Origin: an uncultured Acidimicrobiia bacterium
Lineage (GTDB): Bacteria; Actinomycetota; Acidimicrobiia; Acidimicrobiales; AC-14
Length of the DNA stretch: 64,000 nt
Assembly: GCA_963836205.1 (NCBI GenBank)
Contig: CAWIIV010000015.1
Coordinates: 192,001 to 256,000, forward strand
Reading direction: 5' to 3'
Shown here: positions 1 to 8,062 of the stretch, in pieces
Numbering within the stretch: the stretch's first letter is position 1
Layout of the letters: each line of letters starts with the position of its first letter
Position numbers and translations under genes: made by a program
Notes under the pieces: model-generated
Told to the model about the DNA's origin: nothing
Databases searched by the model: none
The model's input: only the letters and a program-made list of their open reading frames with translations

Positions 1-153
1 GAGGTCGACCTCCGCCACGGCCGCGGGCGCGGGAGGGGCCGTCGTCGCCGGCAGGTCCGCCCCACAGGCCTCGCAGAACACGTCCCCCAGGGCGGTCGCC
101 TCGCCGCACGTCGGGCAGGCGAGGGCGACCGGGTCGGGGGCGGCCGCCGTCAC
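1..153 (-). CDS. 5' part of a gene running off the window edge; N-terminal zinc ribbon (CPTC...CEAC); possibly the PP2C-type phosphatase that often follows PknG-like kinases
   Basis: GGGAGG Shine-Dalgarno then GTG at 153; reads MTAAAPDPVALACPTCGEATALGDVFCEACGADLP..., open to position 1. PP2C identity is inferred from context only. Confidence 0.65.
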   Translation of the reverse strand, partial: MTAAAPDPVALACPTCGEATALGDVFCEACGADLPATTAPPAPAAVAEVDL

Positions 154-307
154 CGTGTCCTCCCTTCGGTTTCGTGCGCCCGCAGGGACCACGAAACGCC
201 GACGGCGGTCACGGCAGCGCGGTCTTGGTGGGCGAGACCGAGGGCGACCGGGTCGGGGGCGGCGGCCGTCACCGGGTCCGCCCTTCGTTTCAGACGCCCG
301 CAGGGAC
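121..307. repeat. Imperfect ~68-bp direct repeat (121-189 and 240-307) duplicating the start region of the downstream gene
   Basis: gagggcgaccgggtcgggggcggc.gccgtcaccg.gtcc.cccttcg.tt...cgcccgcagggac occurs twice, 119 bp apart. Confidence 0.85.
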
Positions 308-349
308 GTGCAATCGGCCGGGAACCGCCGGATCATGTCCCTCCGGGCG
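295..349. terminator. Stem-loop just downstream of the kinase stop (terminator, attenuator or REP-like)
   Basis: 16-bp inverted repeat with 2 mismatches: cgcccgcagggacgtg (295-310) / catgtccctccgggcg (334-349); no U-tract. Confidence 0.45.
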
Positions 350-368
350 CACGAGACTCCGAGGGCGA

Positions 369-2756
369 TCACCAGATCGTCTTGGGTCGGACCTGGTTGG
401 CCCGGTCGACGATGGCGGTGCGCCGGGCGGGATCGGGGGTGAGGCGGGCCAGGCGGCGGAGGGCGTCCTCCGCACCGAGACGGAGTCCCCGCTCGTCGAG
501 GTGGCGGCCGCCGAGACGGTCGCCCTTGGCCGTGGCCAGGGAGCCGGCGGCGAGGGCGGCCAGGGCCGACTCGTACAGGTCGGCCTCCAGCTCGGCCCGG
601 TGGCGGGGGTCGACCGGGAGCGCGCCCAGGCGGCCGGCGGCGTCGGCGAAGTGGCCGGCGGCGACGAGCGTGCGCACCGCCTCCACCTGGGCCACCGCGT
701 GGGCTCGGTGGGTGGCCGGGATGTGGTCGAAGGCGGCCAACGCCCCCGCCACGTCGCCGGCGGCGGCCCGGCACCGGGCCAGACCCCGGGCCGCGGTCAC
801 GTACCCCGGGTCGACGGTGACCACCAACTGGTAGAGGGCGGCCGCCGTGGCCAGGTCGCCCGCGCCCTCGGCCGCCGCCGCGGCCGCCAGCTTGGGGGCC
901 AGCTCGCCCGGCACCTCCGAGCGGCAGCGGTCGAAGGCGTCGGCGGCGGGGCCGAACTCGCCTCGGAGCAGTGCGCTCACGCCCCGCAGCCACACCGCCC
1001 GCCATTCCCACGGGTCGTCGCCTTCCACCCGCTCGATCTCGGCCCGGGCCGAGGCGTGGTCGCCCAGGTCGATCAGGGCCTGGGCCCGGCGCAGCCGCAC
1101 CTCCACCGTGACCGGCACCTGGGCCAGGGCAACGGCGGTGTCGATGTCGCGCACGACGCCCTCGGGGGTGCCGCCGCCGACGTTGGCCAGGAAGGCGGCG
1201 GCCGGGTCGGACGGGTCGACGGCCAACGGCGGCAGGCTGGCCAGCCCCGTGTCCTCGTCGGGGACGGCGCCGAACAGGCTGGACGGGACCACCTGCGGCC
1301 GCCCGGTGGCGAGGGCGACCTGCTCCCGCAGCACCCCGACCAGCTGCTCCCCCAGCTCGGCCACCGTCTGGAAGCGGTCGTCGGGGTGGGTGGCGGTGGC
1401 CTTGAGCAACAGCCGGTGGAAGGAGTCGAACCGGGCCAACACCGGGTGGTCGGCGGGGTCGGGGATCTCGTACTGGAGCTTGGACTGGTAGCCCCGGAAG
1501 TCGAGGGTGAGCACGGCCAGGGTGCGCCCGATGGTGTAGACGTCGGACGCCACCGACGGGCCCATGTCGGCGATCTCGGGGGCCTGGAAACCGACCGTGC
1601 CGTAGACGGCCGAGGTGTGGTCGTCGACCCGGCGGACCGCCCCCACGTCGATGAGGCGGACCTCGTCGCCTACCTGAAGGAGGTTGTCGGGCTTGAAGTC
1701 GCAATAGAGCAGGCCCCGACCGTGGAGGTAGGTGAAGGCAGGGAGGATGGCCAGGATGAAGGCGATGGCCTGGTCGACGGGAAGGGGGTCGGCGTCGCCG
1801 CCGTTGGCCGCCCGCCGCCCGGCCAGCATCTGCTTGAGGGAGCGCCCGCCGATGTACTCCATGACGATGTAGCCCGCGCCCCGGTCGGTGATGAAGTTGT
1901 AGATGACGACGATGGCGGGGTGGTCGAGCTCGGCGAGGAACCGGCGCTCGGCCACGGCCACGGCCATGGCCGCCTCGTCGCCCGAGTCGAGGAGGCCCTT
2001 GAGCACGACCCACCGGTCGTTCACCGCCTTGTCGCGGGCCAGGTAGATCCACCCCAGGCCGCCGTGGGCCAGGCAGCCCATCACCTCGTACTGGCGGCCC
2101 ACGATCTCGCCCCGGCGCAGCTTGGGCACGAAGTCGAACGGGTGCCGGCAGGCAGGGCAGAAGCCGGAGGTGCGGCCGGGGGAGCCGTCGCGCGACCGCC
2201 CCACGGGCGCCCCGCAGTTGGAGCAGAAGCGCTTGTTCTCGGCGACGGTGGGGTCCTTGAGGACGACCGCCCCGGGGTCGACCCGCGCCGCCGGGGGGAC
2301 GTCGACCAGGCCGGCTCCGATCGCCGTGCGCCGGCTGGCCGTGGTGCGGGTGGCCCGCGTCTGGCGGCGGGAGCCCGGGGACTTGGCCGACCCGCTGACG
2401 AGGGTGCCCCTCGACCCGACCCCGGCGGGCGTCGAGAACGGCAGCCGCCGACCGCCGGGCCGGCCGCCGGCATCGGGCTGTTCGGGACCGTCGGCGGGGT
2501 CGGGTCGGCCGAGACCGTCGGCGGCGTCGGCCGGATCGGGCCGCTGACCGGCGCCGGCCCGGTTCGGCCGGCCGGCGCCACCGGCCCCGGCCCCGGCGGA
2601 CCCGGCCCCGGCGGACCCGGCACCGGCGACCGACCCGGGCGCCGGAGCTCGACGGCGAGCCGGGGGCCGGGCCTTGGCCCCGCACGTGTCGCAGTAGCCA
2701 TCGGGCGCGATCTGGCCGGCGCAGCCCGGCTCCTGGCACGGGCGGACGACGCTCAC
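369..2756 (-). CDS. pknG: PknG-like Ser/Thr protein kinase (N-terminal Cys motif, rubredoxin-like domain, kinase, C-terminal TPR)
   Basis: KRFCSNCG...GFCPAC rubredoxin pair, GCLAHGGLGWIYLA glycine loop, VVLKGL, YCDFKPDN catalytic loop, LIDVG, YGTVGFQAPE, helical TPR-like C-terminus. GTG at 2756 overlaps the upstream TGA (GTGA). Confidence 0.88.
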   Translation of the reverse strand: MSVVRPCQEPGCAGQIAPDGYCDTCGAKARPPARRRAPAPGSVAGAGSAGAGSAGAGAGGAGRPNRAGAGQRPDPADAADGLGRPDPADGPEQPDAGGRPGGRRLPFSTPAGVGSRGTLVSGSAKSPGSRRQTRATRTTASRRTAIGAGLVDVPPAARVDPGAVVLKDPTVAENKRFCSNCGAPVGRSRDGSPGRTSGFCPACRHPFDFVPKLRRGEIVGRQYEVMGCLAHGGLGWIYLARDKAVNDRWVVLKGLLDSGDEAAMAVAVAERRFLAELDHPAIVVIYNFITDRGAGYIVMEYIGGRSLKQMLAGRRAANGGDADPLPVDQAIAFILAILPAFTYLHGRGLLYCDFKPDNLLQVGDEVRLIDVGAVRRVDDHTSAVYGTVGFQAPEIADMGPSVASDVYTIGRTLAVLTLDFRGYQSKLQYEIPDPADHPVLARFDSFHRLLLKATATHPDDRFQTVAELGEQLVGVLREQVALATGRPQVVPSSLFGAVPDEDTGLASLPPLAVDPSDPAAAFLANVGGGTPEGVVRDIDTAVALAQVPVTVEVRLRRAQALIDLGDHASARAEIERVEGDDPWEWRAVWLRGVSALLRGEFGPAADAFDRCRSEVPGELAPKLAAAAAAEGAGDLATAAALYQLVVTVDPGYVTAARGLARCRAAAGDVAGALAAFDHIPATHRAHAVAQVEAVRTLVAAGHFADAAGRLGALPVDPRHRAELEADLYESALAALAAGSLATAKGDRLGGRHLDERGLRLGAEDALRRLARLTPDPARRTAIVDRANQVRPKTIW

Positions 2757-3898
2757 CGGCGTCCTCCCGGTACGGCCGTGTTGACCGCCCGCAGGTAGTC
2801 GGCCACCAGCCGCTCGGCGCGGACCAGGTCGCACGGGGCGACGTAGAGGGCCTGCTCGGCGGCGTGGTGGAGGCCGACCAGATCGGGGTCCTCGGCCCGG
2901 CCCATCGCCATCGACTTGGCCCGGAACGCCTGGAGCAGTCCCCGCAGCTCGTTGCGGCGGGCGATGGCAGCCCCGTTGGCCGTGGCCACCCGCCGGGCGT
3001 CGGCCAGCCACCTGTCGGCCGTCCGCCGCCACCGGTCGTGCTCCGACGCGGCCGCGTCCCACTCGCCGGCTCCCGCCTGAGCCTCAATGCGGACCAGCCA
3101 CGGCCCCAGGGCGTCGGCCGCGGCCCCGTCGATCGCGGCCCCGTCGAGGGGATCGAGGAGCCCGGCGGGGTCGGCGATCTTGACCCGAGCCATCGCGGCC
3201 GCATCGGCACCGACACGAACGAGGCGACGGATCTCGTCCAGGTCGGACCGGGCCGTCACCAGGCGGGCCGGCAGCTCGCCCTGCGACCGCTCCAGGTGGT
3301 CGACCCGGCGGACGGCGGCGGCCAGGGCCCGGTCGAGGGCGGCCAGCGGCTCGGTGGCGGTGGGGTCGGCGACAACGGCGGCGGTGGCCTGGGCAAGGGC
3401 GGCGGTGACGGCCTCCACCTCGACGTCGCCGTCGGCGCCCACCGACCGGGCCCGGGCCACCAGGCCCCGCACTTCGAGCGCGGCCGCGTCGAGCCGGGCG
3501 AGGGCCTCCCGGGCCACGCCGGCCAGACGCGCCGCCTCCCCCACCACCCCGTCCGCCCGGGCCCGGAGGTCGTCGATGAGGGCGCCCACGTACCGGGTGG
3601 AGCCGTCGGGGAGGGCGACCGCATCGGGCCCGAGGAGGTGGGCCACCGCGGCGTGGTCTCTGGCCGCGAGGGCCGCACCCAGCCGGTCGACGACGTCCTT
3701 GGCCAGCGGGTACTCCTCCCACAGCCCGGCCAACAGGTCGACGACGCGGGTTGCGGCCGTCGCCGCCGGCCCGCCTGCGTCGGCCTGGGACTTCACGAAG
3801 ACGAGGTCAGGCGAGCTCTCGACCGCGAAGAGGGTCTGAGCCAGGGCCGAGAGGGCGTCGCCCAGGCCGCGGAGGGCGTGATCGGGACTCTGGCTCAC
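2753..3898 (-). CDS. Hypothetical helical/coiled-coil protein co-translated with the kinase
   Basis: 381-aa Ala/Leu-rich ORF, GGAGGAGG upstream, stop overlaps the kinase start. Confidence 0.75.
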   Translation of the reverse strand: MSQSPDHALRGLGDALSALAQTLFAVESSPDLVFVKSQADAGGPAATAATRVVDLLAGLWEEYPLAKDVVDRLGAALAARDHAAVAHLLGPDAVALPDGSTRYVGALIDDLRARADGVVGEAARLAGVAREALARLDAAALEVRGLVARARSVGADGDVEVEAVTAALAQATAAVVADPTATEPLAALDRALAAAVRRVDHLERSQGELPARLVTARSDLDEIRRLVRVGADAAAMARVKIADPAGLLDPLDGAAIDGAAADALGPWLVRIEAQAGAGEWDAAASEHDRWRRTADRWLADARRVATANGAAIARRNELRGLLQAFRAKSMAMGRAEDPDLVGLHHAAEQALYVAPCDLVRAERLVADYLRAVNTAVPGGRR

Positions 3899-4068
3899 CT
3901 CACCGTCCTCCTCCGCCGCCGTCGTGTCTCAAGCTGTCAGATCGACCGAAGCTACGAAGCCCTCTGAACTGTCGCCGGGCGACCATCGAGCATAGGTGGA
4001 CGACAAGGCTGATTGGGTCCCCCAAGGGTCAACGGCGCCGGATCGGCCGTCTCGAGGACGGCCGCCTC

Positions 4069-4074
4069 TAGCAT
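4069..4074 (+). promoter_or_regulatory. Putative -10 element of a leaderless transcript
   Basis: TAGCAT-N6-GTG(4081), TAnnnT consensus, no Shine-Dalgarno. Confidence 0.5.
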
Positions 4075-4080
4075 GGCGAC

Positions 4081-5412
4081 GTGCCGCTTTCCGCAGCCCA
4101 CGAGCAGCTTCTGAGCGAGCTCCACCGGAACCTCCGCCAGGACGCCCTCGAGCCGGAGCACCCGTTCTACGTCAATCTTCGTGACGACCGCTTCGGCGTC
4201 GCAGTGGGCGCCGACGTGGTCCGTCAGCTGGCGCGGGACGTGAGCTGGGTCCAGCCGCCGTCGGTCGCCTTCTTCTCCGGCCTCCGAGGCGCGGGCAAGA
4301 GCACCGAGCTCAACCGCCTGCGCAACGAGCTGCAAGACAGCGGGTTCGCGGTGGCCAAGTTCGACGTCGAGCACTACCTCGACATCCGTTTCCCGATCAC
4401 CGCCCCCCAGCTCGTGTTCGCCATGACCGGCGGGATCTGGCAGGCCTGCCGCGACCAGGGATGGGTCGGTGCCAACGAGGACCCCCAGTCTCCTTTCCGC
4501 CGCCTCTGGGACTGGTTCAAGGGAGTCAGCGTCGAGTCCGACGTGAAATTCACCGCGCCTATGCCGGACTGGTCGCCGGTCGACTTCGAGGCTCACCTCC
4601 GCCGCGACCCCACCTTCCGGGCCCAGCTCGACGAGTTCCTTCGGGCCCGTTCGGTCGAGCTGGCGGGGAAGGCGAACGAGCTCCTCGCCGACCTCGACGA
4701 CCGTGTGCGCAAGCACTTCATCACCCAGGGCCGCGAGTGGCTGGGCATGGTGGTGATCGTCGACTCCCTCGACCACGCCCGCTCGGAAACCTCGTTCAGC
4801 GCCGTCCGCAGCGCCATCCGGGAGGTCTTCGATCAGCAGCTCCCGTTGGTGCAATTCGATCGGTTCCGGACAGTCTTCTGCATCCCGCCCTACATCCACC
4901 CATCCACGGGCACGGTTCGCAGCATCTTCAACGTCAAGGTGAGAGATCGGCTCGGTGAGCCCTACGAGCCTGGGATCGCGGCGCTGACCGACCTGGTCAG
5001 CCGACGGTTTCCCGTCGGCCTTCCGTGCAACCTCCTGCTCGCCGCCGACGACCTCGATGAGCTGATCTGCTGCTCGGGAGGCCACATCCGCGATCTGCTG
5101 CGCCTGCTCGATGAAGTGATCCTCGGCGTCGATGGCGTGCCCGCCCGGCACGCTGATGTCGAGGCCGCGATCATCCGGGTGAGAGAGAACTTCATGCCGC
5201 TCTCCACCGACCAGCTGCGATGGCTGGCAAGGATCGCCGAGAAGCATCAGCTCGAACTGGAGAACCAGGACGCATGGGAGGGGCTGGCCGAGCTGCTCGA
5301 CTACCACCTGGTACTCCGATACTCCAACGACGAGCCCTGGTACGACGTCCACCCGATCGTCGCCGGCGTCGTGACGCAGGCGGCTGCCGACGCTCGTCCC
5401 GGAGACCAGTGA
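4081..5412 (+). CDS. P-loop NTPase (AAA/KAP/STAND-like ATP-binding protein)
   Basis: Walker A FSGLRGAGKSTEL, Walker B VVIVDSLDH, SGGHIRDLLRL helical motif, C-terminal WYDVHP. Confidence 0.85.
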   Translation: MPLSAAHEQLLSELHRNLRQDALEPEHPFYVNLRDDRFGVAVGADVVRQLARDVSWVQPPSVAFFSGLRGAGKSTELNRLRNELQDSGFAVAKFDVEHYLDIRFPITAPQLVFAMTGGIWQACRDQGWVGANEDPQSPFRRLWDWFKGVSVESDVKFTAPMPDWSPVDFEAHLRRDPTFRAQLDEFLRARSVELAGKANELLADLDDRVRKHFITQGREWLGMVVIVDSLDHARSETSFSAVRSAIREVFDQQLPLVQFDRFRTVFCIPPYIHPSTGTVRSIFNVKVRDRLGEPYEPGIAALTDLVSRRFPVGLPCNLLLAADDLDELICCSGGHIRDLLRLLDEVILGVDGVPARHADVEAAIIRVRENFMPLSTDQLRWLARIAEKHQLELENQDAWEGLAELLDYHLVLRYSNDEPWYDVHPIVAGVVTQAAADARPGDQ

Positions 5413-7823
5413 ACGTCGGACTCAGCGAGGTTGGTGAGGCGGAGTGGGTCCGCTTCCGCAAGCTCCTCGACTGGAGCGGCTCGTTCTGGCTGAGCGTGCT
5501 CTTCGTCCGGAGCCCCGCCGCCCTGGCCGAGATCCGGCAACGGGCGCTGTGGAACCGCCGGTGGGTAGCCGCGCCGGTGCGTCTGGTGCGGGCCGGGTCT
5601 GCCGAGGAGTTGCGCAAGGAGGCTGACATGGCCGACGAGTGGCCCTCGGCGCCGGGTCTGACGTGGATCGAGGGCCCGCTCTCGGCCCACGGGAGCGACG
5701 CCGACGAGTGGCGAGAGGCGTGGACGGCGCTGCTGGCGACCATGAACCACCGGCGGGACACGCTGCGGCGGTCGGTAGGAGGGATCGTGCTCGTTATCCC
5801 CGACGAGTGGCGGGGCCTCGTCCGCCAAGTCGCACCCGACCTGTGGTCAGTCAGGGGGCCGTCGCCGACAGTGGCCGCAGGCTGGGGCCGCCCGCTCACA
5901 CCCGCTGGGGCCGAGCCACTCGATGCATTGGGAGCGGAAGCGGCCCGGCTGTACGATGCCGGCGGGAGCCTCGTCGCCTCGGAAGTCGAGGAGATCGACC
6001 CCGACCTCTCCCGGCGGGCAGCGGGCCTCTTCGCCGACCCCGAGCTCGACCCTGCCGTTGCGACCGCCCTGGCCGATGAGGCAGAGGCGCGAGGCCACGA
6101 ACAACTGGCCGCCGTGGTGCTGCTCGACCTCTCGAATCGGATCCGCCCCCGCGACCCGGCGCGCGCACACGCCGCCATCGACCACGCACTCGCCTTGGGC
6201 AACATCGACGGTCCGTTGCGACTCCGACTACTGGGCGCTCTCCTCGACGAGGCTCTCGCCGTGGGCGCCCTCACCGACGCTTATGCCGCCGCCGGTGACC
6301 TGGTCGACATCGCCCGCCGGCTGGCCGACCAGCTCGCCACCCCCGAGGCCCAGCGGGAGCTGTCACTCGCCCTGAACAACATCGGCCGGGTGGCGGAGAC
6401 CCGGGGGGACTGGGACGGCGCCGCGGACGCCTACCAGCAGTCCCTCGACATCGCCCGCCGGCTGGCCGACACGCTCGCCACCCCCCAGGCCCAGCGGGAT
6501 CTGTCGGTCGCCCTCAACAACATCGGCCGGGTGGCGGAGACCCGGGGGGACTGGGACGGCGCCGCTGACGCCTACCAGCACTCCCTCGACATCGCCCGCC
6601 GGCTGGCCGACACGCTCGCCACCCCCCAGGCCCAGCGGGATCTGTCGGTCGCCCTCAACAACATCGGCCGGGTGGCGGAGACCCGGGGGGACTGGGACGG
6701 CGCCGCTGACGCCTACCAGCACTCCCTCGAAATCGCCCGCCGGCTGGCCGACACGCTGGCCACCCCCCAGGCCCAGCGGGATCTGTCGGTCGCCCTCGAC
6801 AATATGGGCCGGGTGGCGGAGACCCGGGGGGACTGGGACGGGGCCGACGAGGTCTACCAGCACTCCCTCGAAATCGCCCACCGGCTGGCCGACCAGCTCG
6901 GTACCCCCGAGTCCCAGCGGGATCTGTCGGTCGCCCTCGACAACATCGGCCGGGTGGCGGAGGCCCAGGGGGACTGGGACGGGGCCGCCGAGTCCTACCA
7001 GCATTCCCTCGATCTTCGCCGCCGGCTGGCCGAACAGCTCGCCACCCCCCAGGCCCAGCGCGACCTGTCACTCGCCCTCGACGACATGGGCCGGGTGGCG
7101 GAGGCCCGGGGGGACTGGGACGGGGCGGCTAGTGCCTACCAGCAGTCCTTCGACCTCGCCCGCCGGCTGGCCGACCAGCTCGGCACCCCGGAGGCCCAGC
7201 GCGACCTGTCGATTTCCCTCAATCACGTGGGTGCGGTGGCCGAGGCCCAGGGGGACTGGGACGGGGCGGCCAGCGCCTACCAGCAGTCCCTCGACCTTCG
7301 CCGCCGGCTGGCCGACCGGCTCGGCACCCCTGAGGCCGAGCGCGACCTGTCGGTCTCCCTCGAAAACGTGGGTGCGGTGGCCGAGGCCCAGGGGGACTGG
7401 GACGGGGCGGCCAGCGCCTACCAGCAGTCCCTCGACCTTCGCCGCCGGCTGGCCGACCGGCTCGGCACCCCTGAGGCCGAGCGCGACTTGTCGATCGCAC
7501 TCAACAAGATGGGTGCGGTGGCCCAGGCCCGGGGCGACTGGGACGGAGCGGCCGCCGCCTACCAGCAGTCCATCGACCTCGCCCGCCGGCTGGCTGACAC
7601 GCTCGGAACCCCCCAGGCCCAGCGGGATCTGTCGATCTCCCTCGAAAACGTGGGTGCGGTGGCCGAGGCCCAGGGGGACTGGGACGGGGCGGCCAGCGCC
7701 TACCAGCAGTCCCTCGACCTTCGCCGCCGGCTGGCCGACCAGCTCGGCACCGCCGAGGCCCAGCGCGACCTGTCGACCTCGCTTGAACACGTCGCTCAAC
7801 TGGCGAAGGCTCGGGGGGACTAA
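5409..7823 (+). CDS. TPR-repeat protein with an N-terminal probably degenerate P-loop-like domain
   Basis: GTG at 5409 overlaps the ATPase TGA; 10 full and 1 partial 47-aa helical repeats (LATPQAQRDLSVALNNIGRVAETRGDWDGAADAYQHSLDIARRLADT). Confidence 0.85.
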   Translation: MNVGLSEVGEAEWVRFRKLLDWSGSFWLSVLFVRSPAALAEIRQRALWNRRWVAAPVRLVRAGSAEELRKEADMADEWPSAPGLTWIEGPLSAHGSDADEWREAWTALLATMNHRRDTLRRSVGGIVLVIPDEWRGLVRQVAPDLWSVRGPSPTVAAGWGRPLTPAGAEPLDALGAEAARLYDAGGSLVASEVEEIDPDLSRRAAGLFADPELDPAVATALADEAEARGHEQLAAVVLLDLSNRIRPRDPARAHAAIDHALALGNIDGPLRLRLLGALLDEALAVGALTDAYAAAGDLVDIARRLADQLATPEAQRELSLALNNIGRVAETRGDWDGAADAYQQSLDIARRLADTLATPQAQRDLSVALNNIGRVAETRGDWDGAADAYQHSLDIARRLADTLATPQAQRDLSVALNNIGRVAETRGDWDGAADAYQHSLEIARRLADTLATPQAQRDLSVALDNMGRVAETRGDWDGADEVYQHSLEIAHRLADQLGTPESQRDLSVALDNIGRVAEAQGDWDGAAESYQHSLDLRRRLAEQLATPQAQRDLSLALDDMGRVAEARGDWDGAASAYQQSFDLARRLADQLGTPEAQRDLSISLNHVGAVAEAQGDWDGAASAYQQSLDLRRRLADRLGTPEAERDLSVSLENVGAVAEAQGDWDGAASAYQQSLDLRRRLADRLGTPEAERDLSIALNKMGAVAQARGDWDGAAAAYQQSIDLARRLADTLGTPQAQRDLSISLENVGAVAEAQGDWDGAASAYQQSLDLRRRLADQLGTAEAQRDLSTSLEHVAQLAKARGD
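6310..7820 (+). repeat. Coding tandem repeat, 141-bp unit, about 10.5 copies
   Basis: ccccccaggcccagcgggatctgtcggtcgccctc recurs at 6481, 6622 and 6763; the 141-bp period continues. Confidence 0.95.
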
Positions 7824-7836
7824 CCTCCTGGCGTCG

Positions 7837-8043
7837 TCAGTCTTTCGAAGGGACGTCCACCTGGCCCAGCAGCACGGCCGCCTTCTCGACCGACCGGCGG
7901 GCCCGGGTGATCAACCGCTCGTCCGGCGACGTCTTGTCCGCCCCGGCCGCGACTGACGCCCGCAGCCGGTCCAAGGCCATGTCGGCCAGCTCCTCGGCGA
8001 TGGACTCCAGGCGAGCCCGCACGGCGTCGACGTCTCCCGCCAC
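7837..8043 (-). CDS. Small hypothetical helical protein (68 aa)
   Basis: MAGDVDAVRARLESIAEELADMALDRLR...; TACGGT-N6-GTG leaderless geometry. Confidence 0.7.
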   Translation of the reverse strand: MAGDVDAVRARLESIAEELADMALDRLRASVAAGADKTSPDERLITRARRSVEKAAVLLGQVDVPSKD

Positions 8044-8048
8044 GCCAC

Positions 8049-8055
8049 TACCGTA
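8049..8055. promoter_or_regulatory. Overlapping bidirectional -10 elements
   Basis: + strand TACCGT (8049-8054) lies 8 nt before ATG 8063; - strand TACGGT (8055-8050) lies 6 nt before GTG 8043; the intergenic gap is only 19 bp. Confidence 0.5.
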
Positions 8056-8062
8056 GGCCCGA

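Noticed and set aside
174-2798. 874-aa + strand ORF
   Set aside because: Antisense to the kinase, which has all the catalytic motifs.
3952-5352. 466-aa - strand ORF
   Set aside because: Antisense shadow of the ATPase gene.
6310-7820. Regular DNA repeats as a possible CRISPR array
   Set aside because: Contiguous in-frame 141-bp coding units with no unique spacers and no cas genes.
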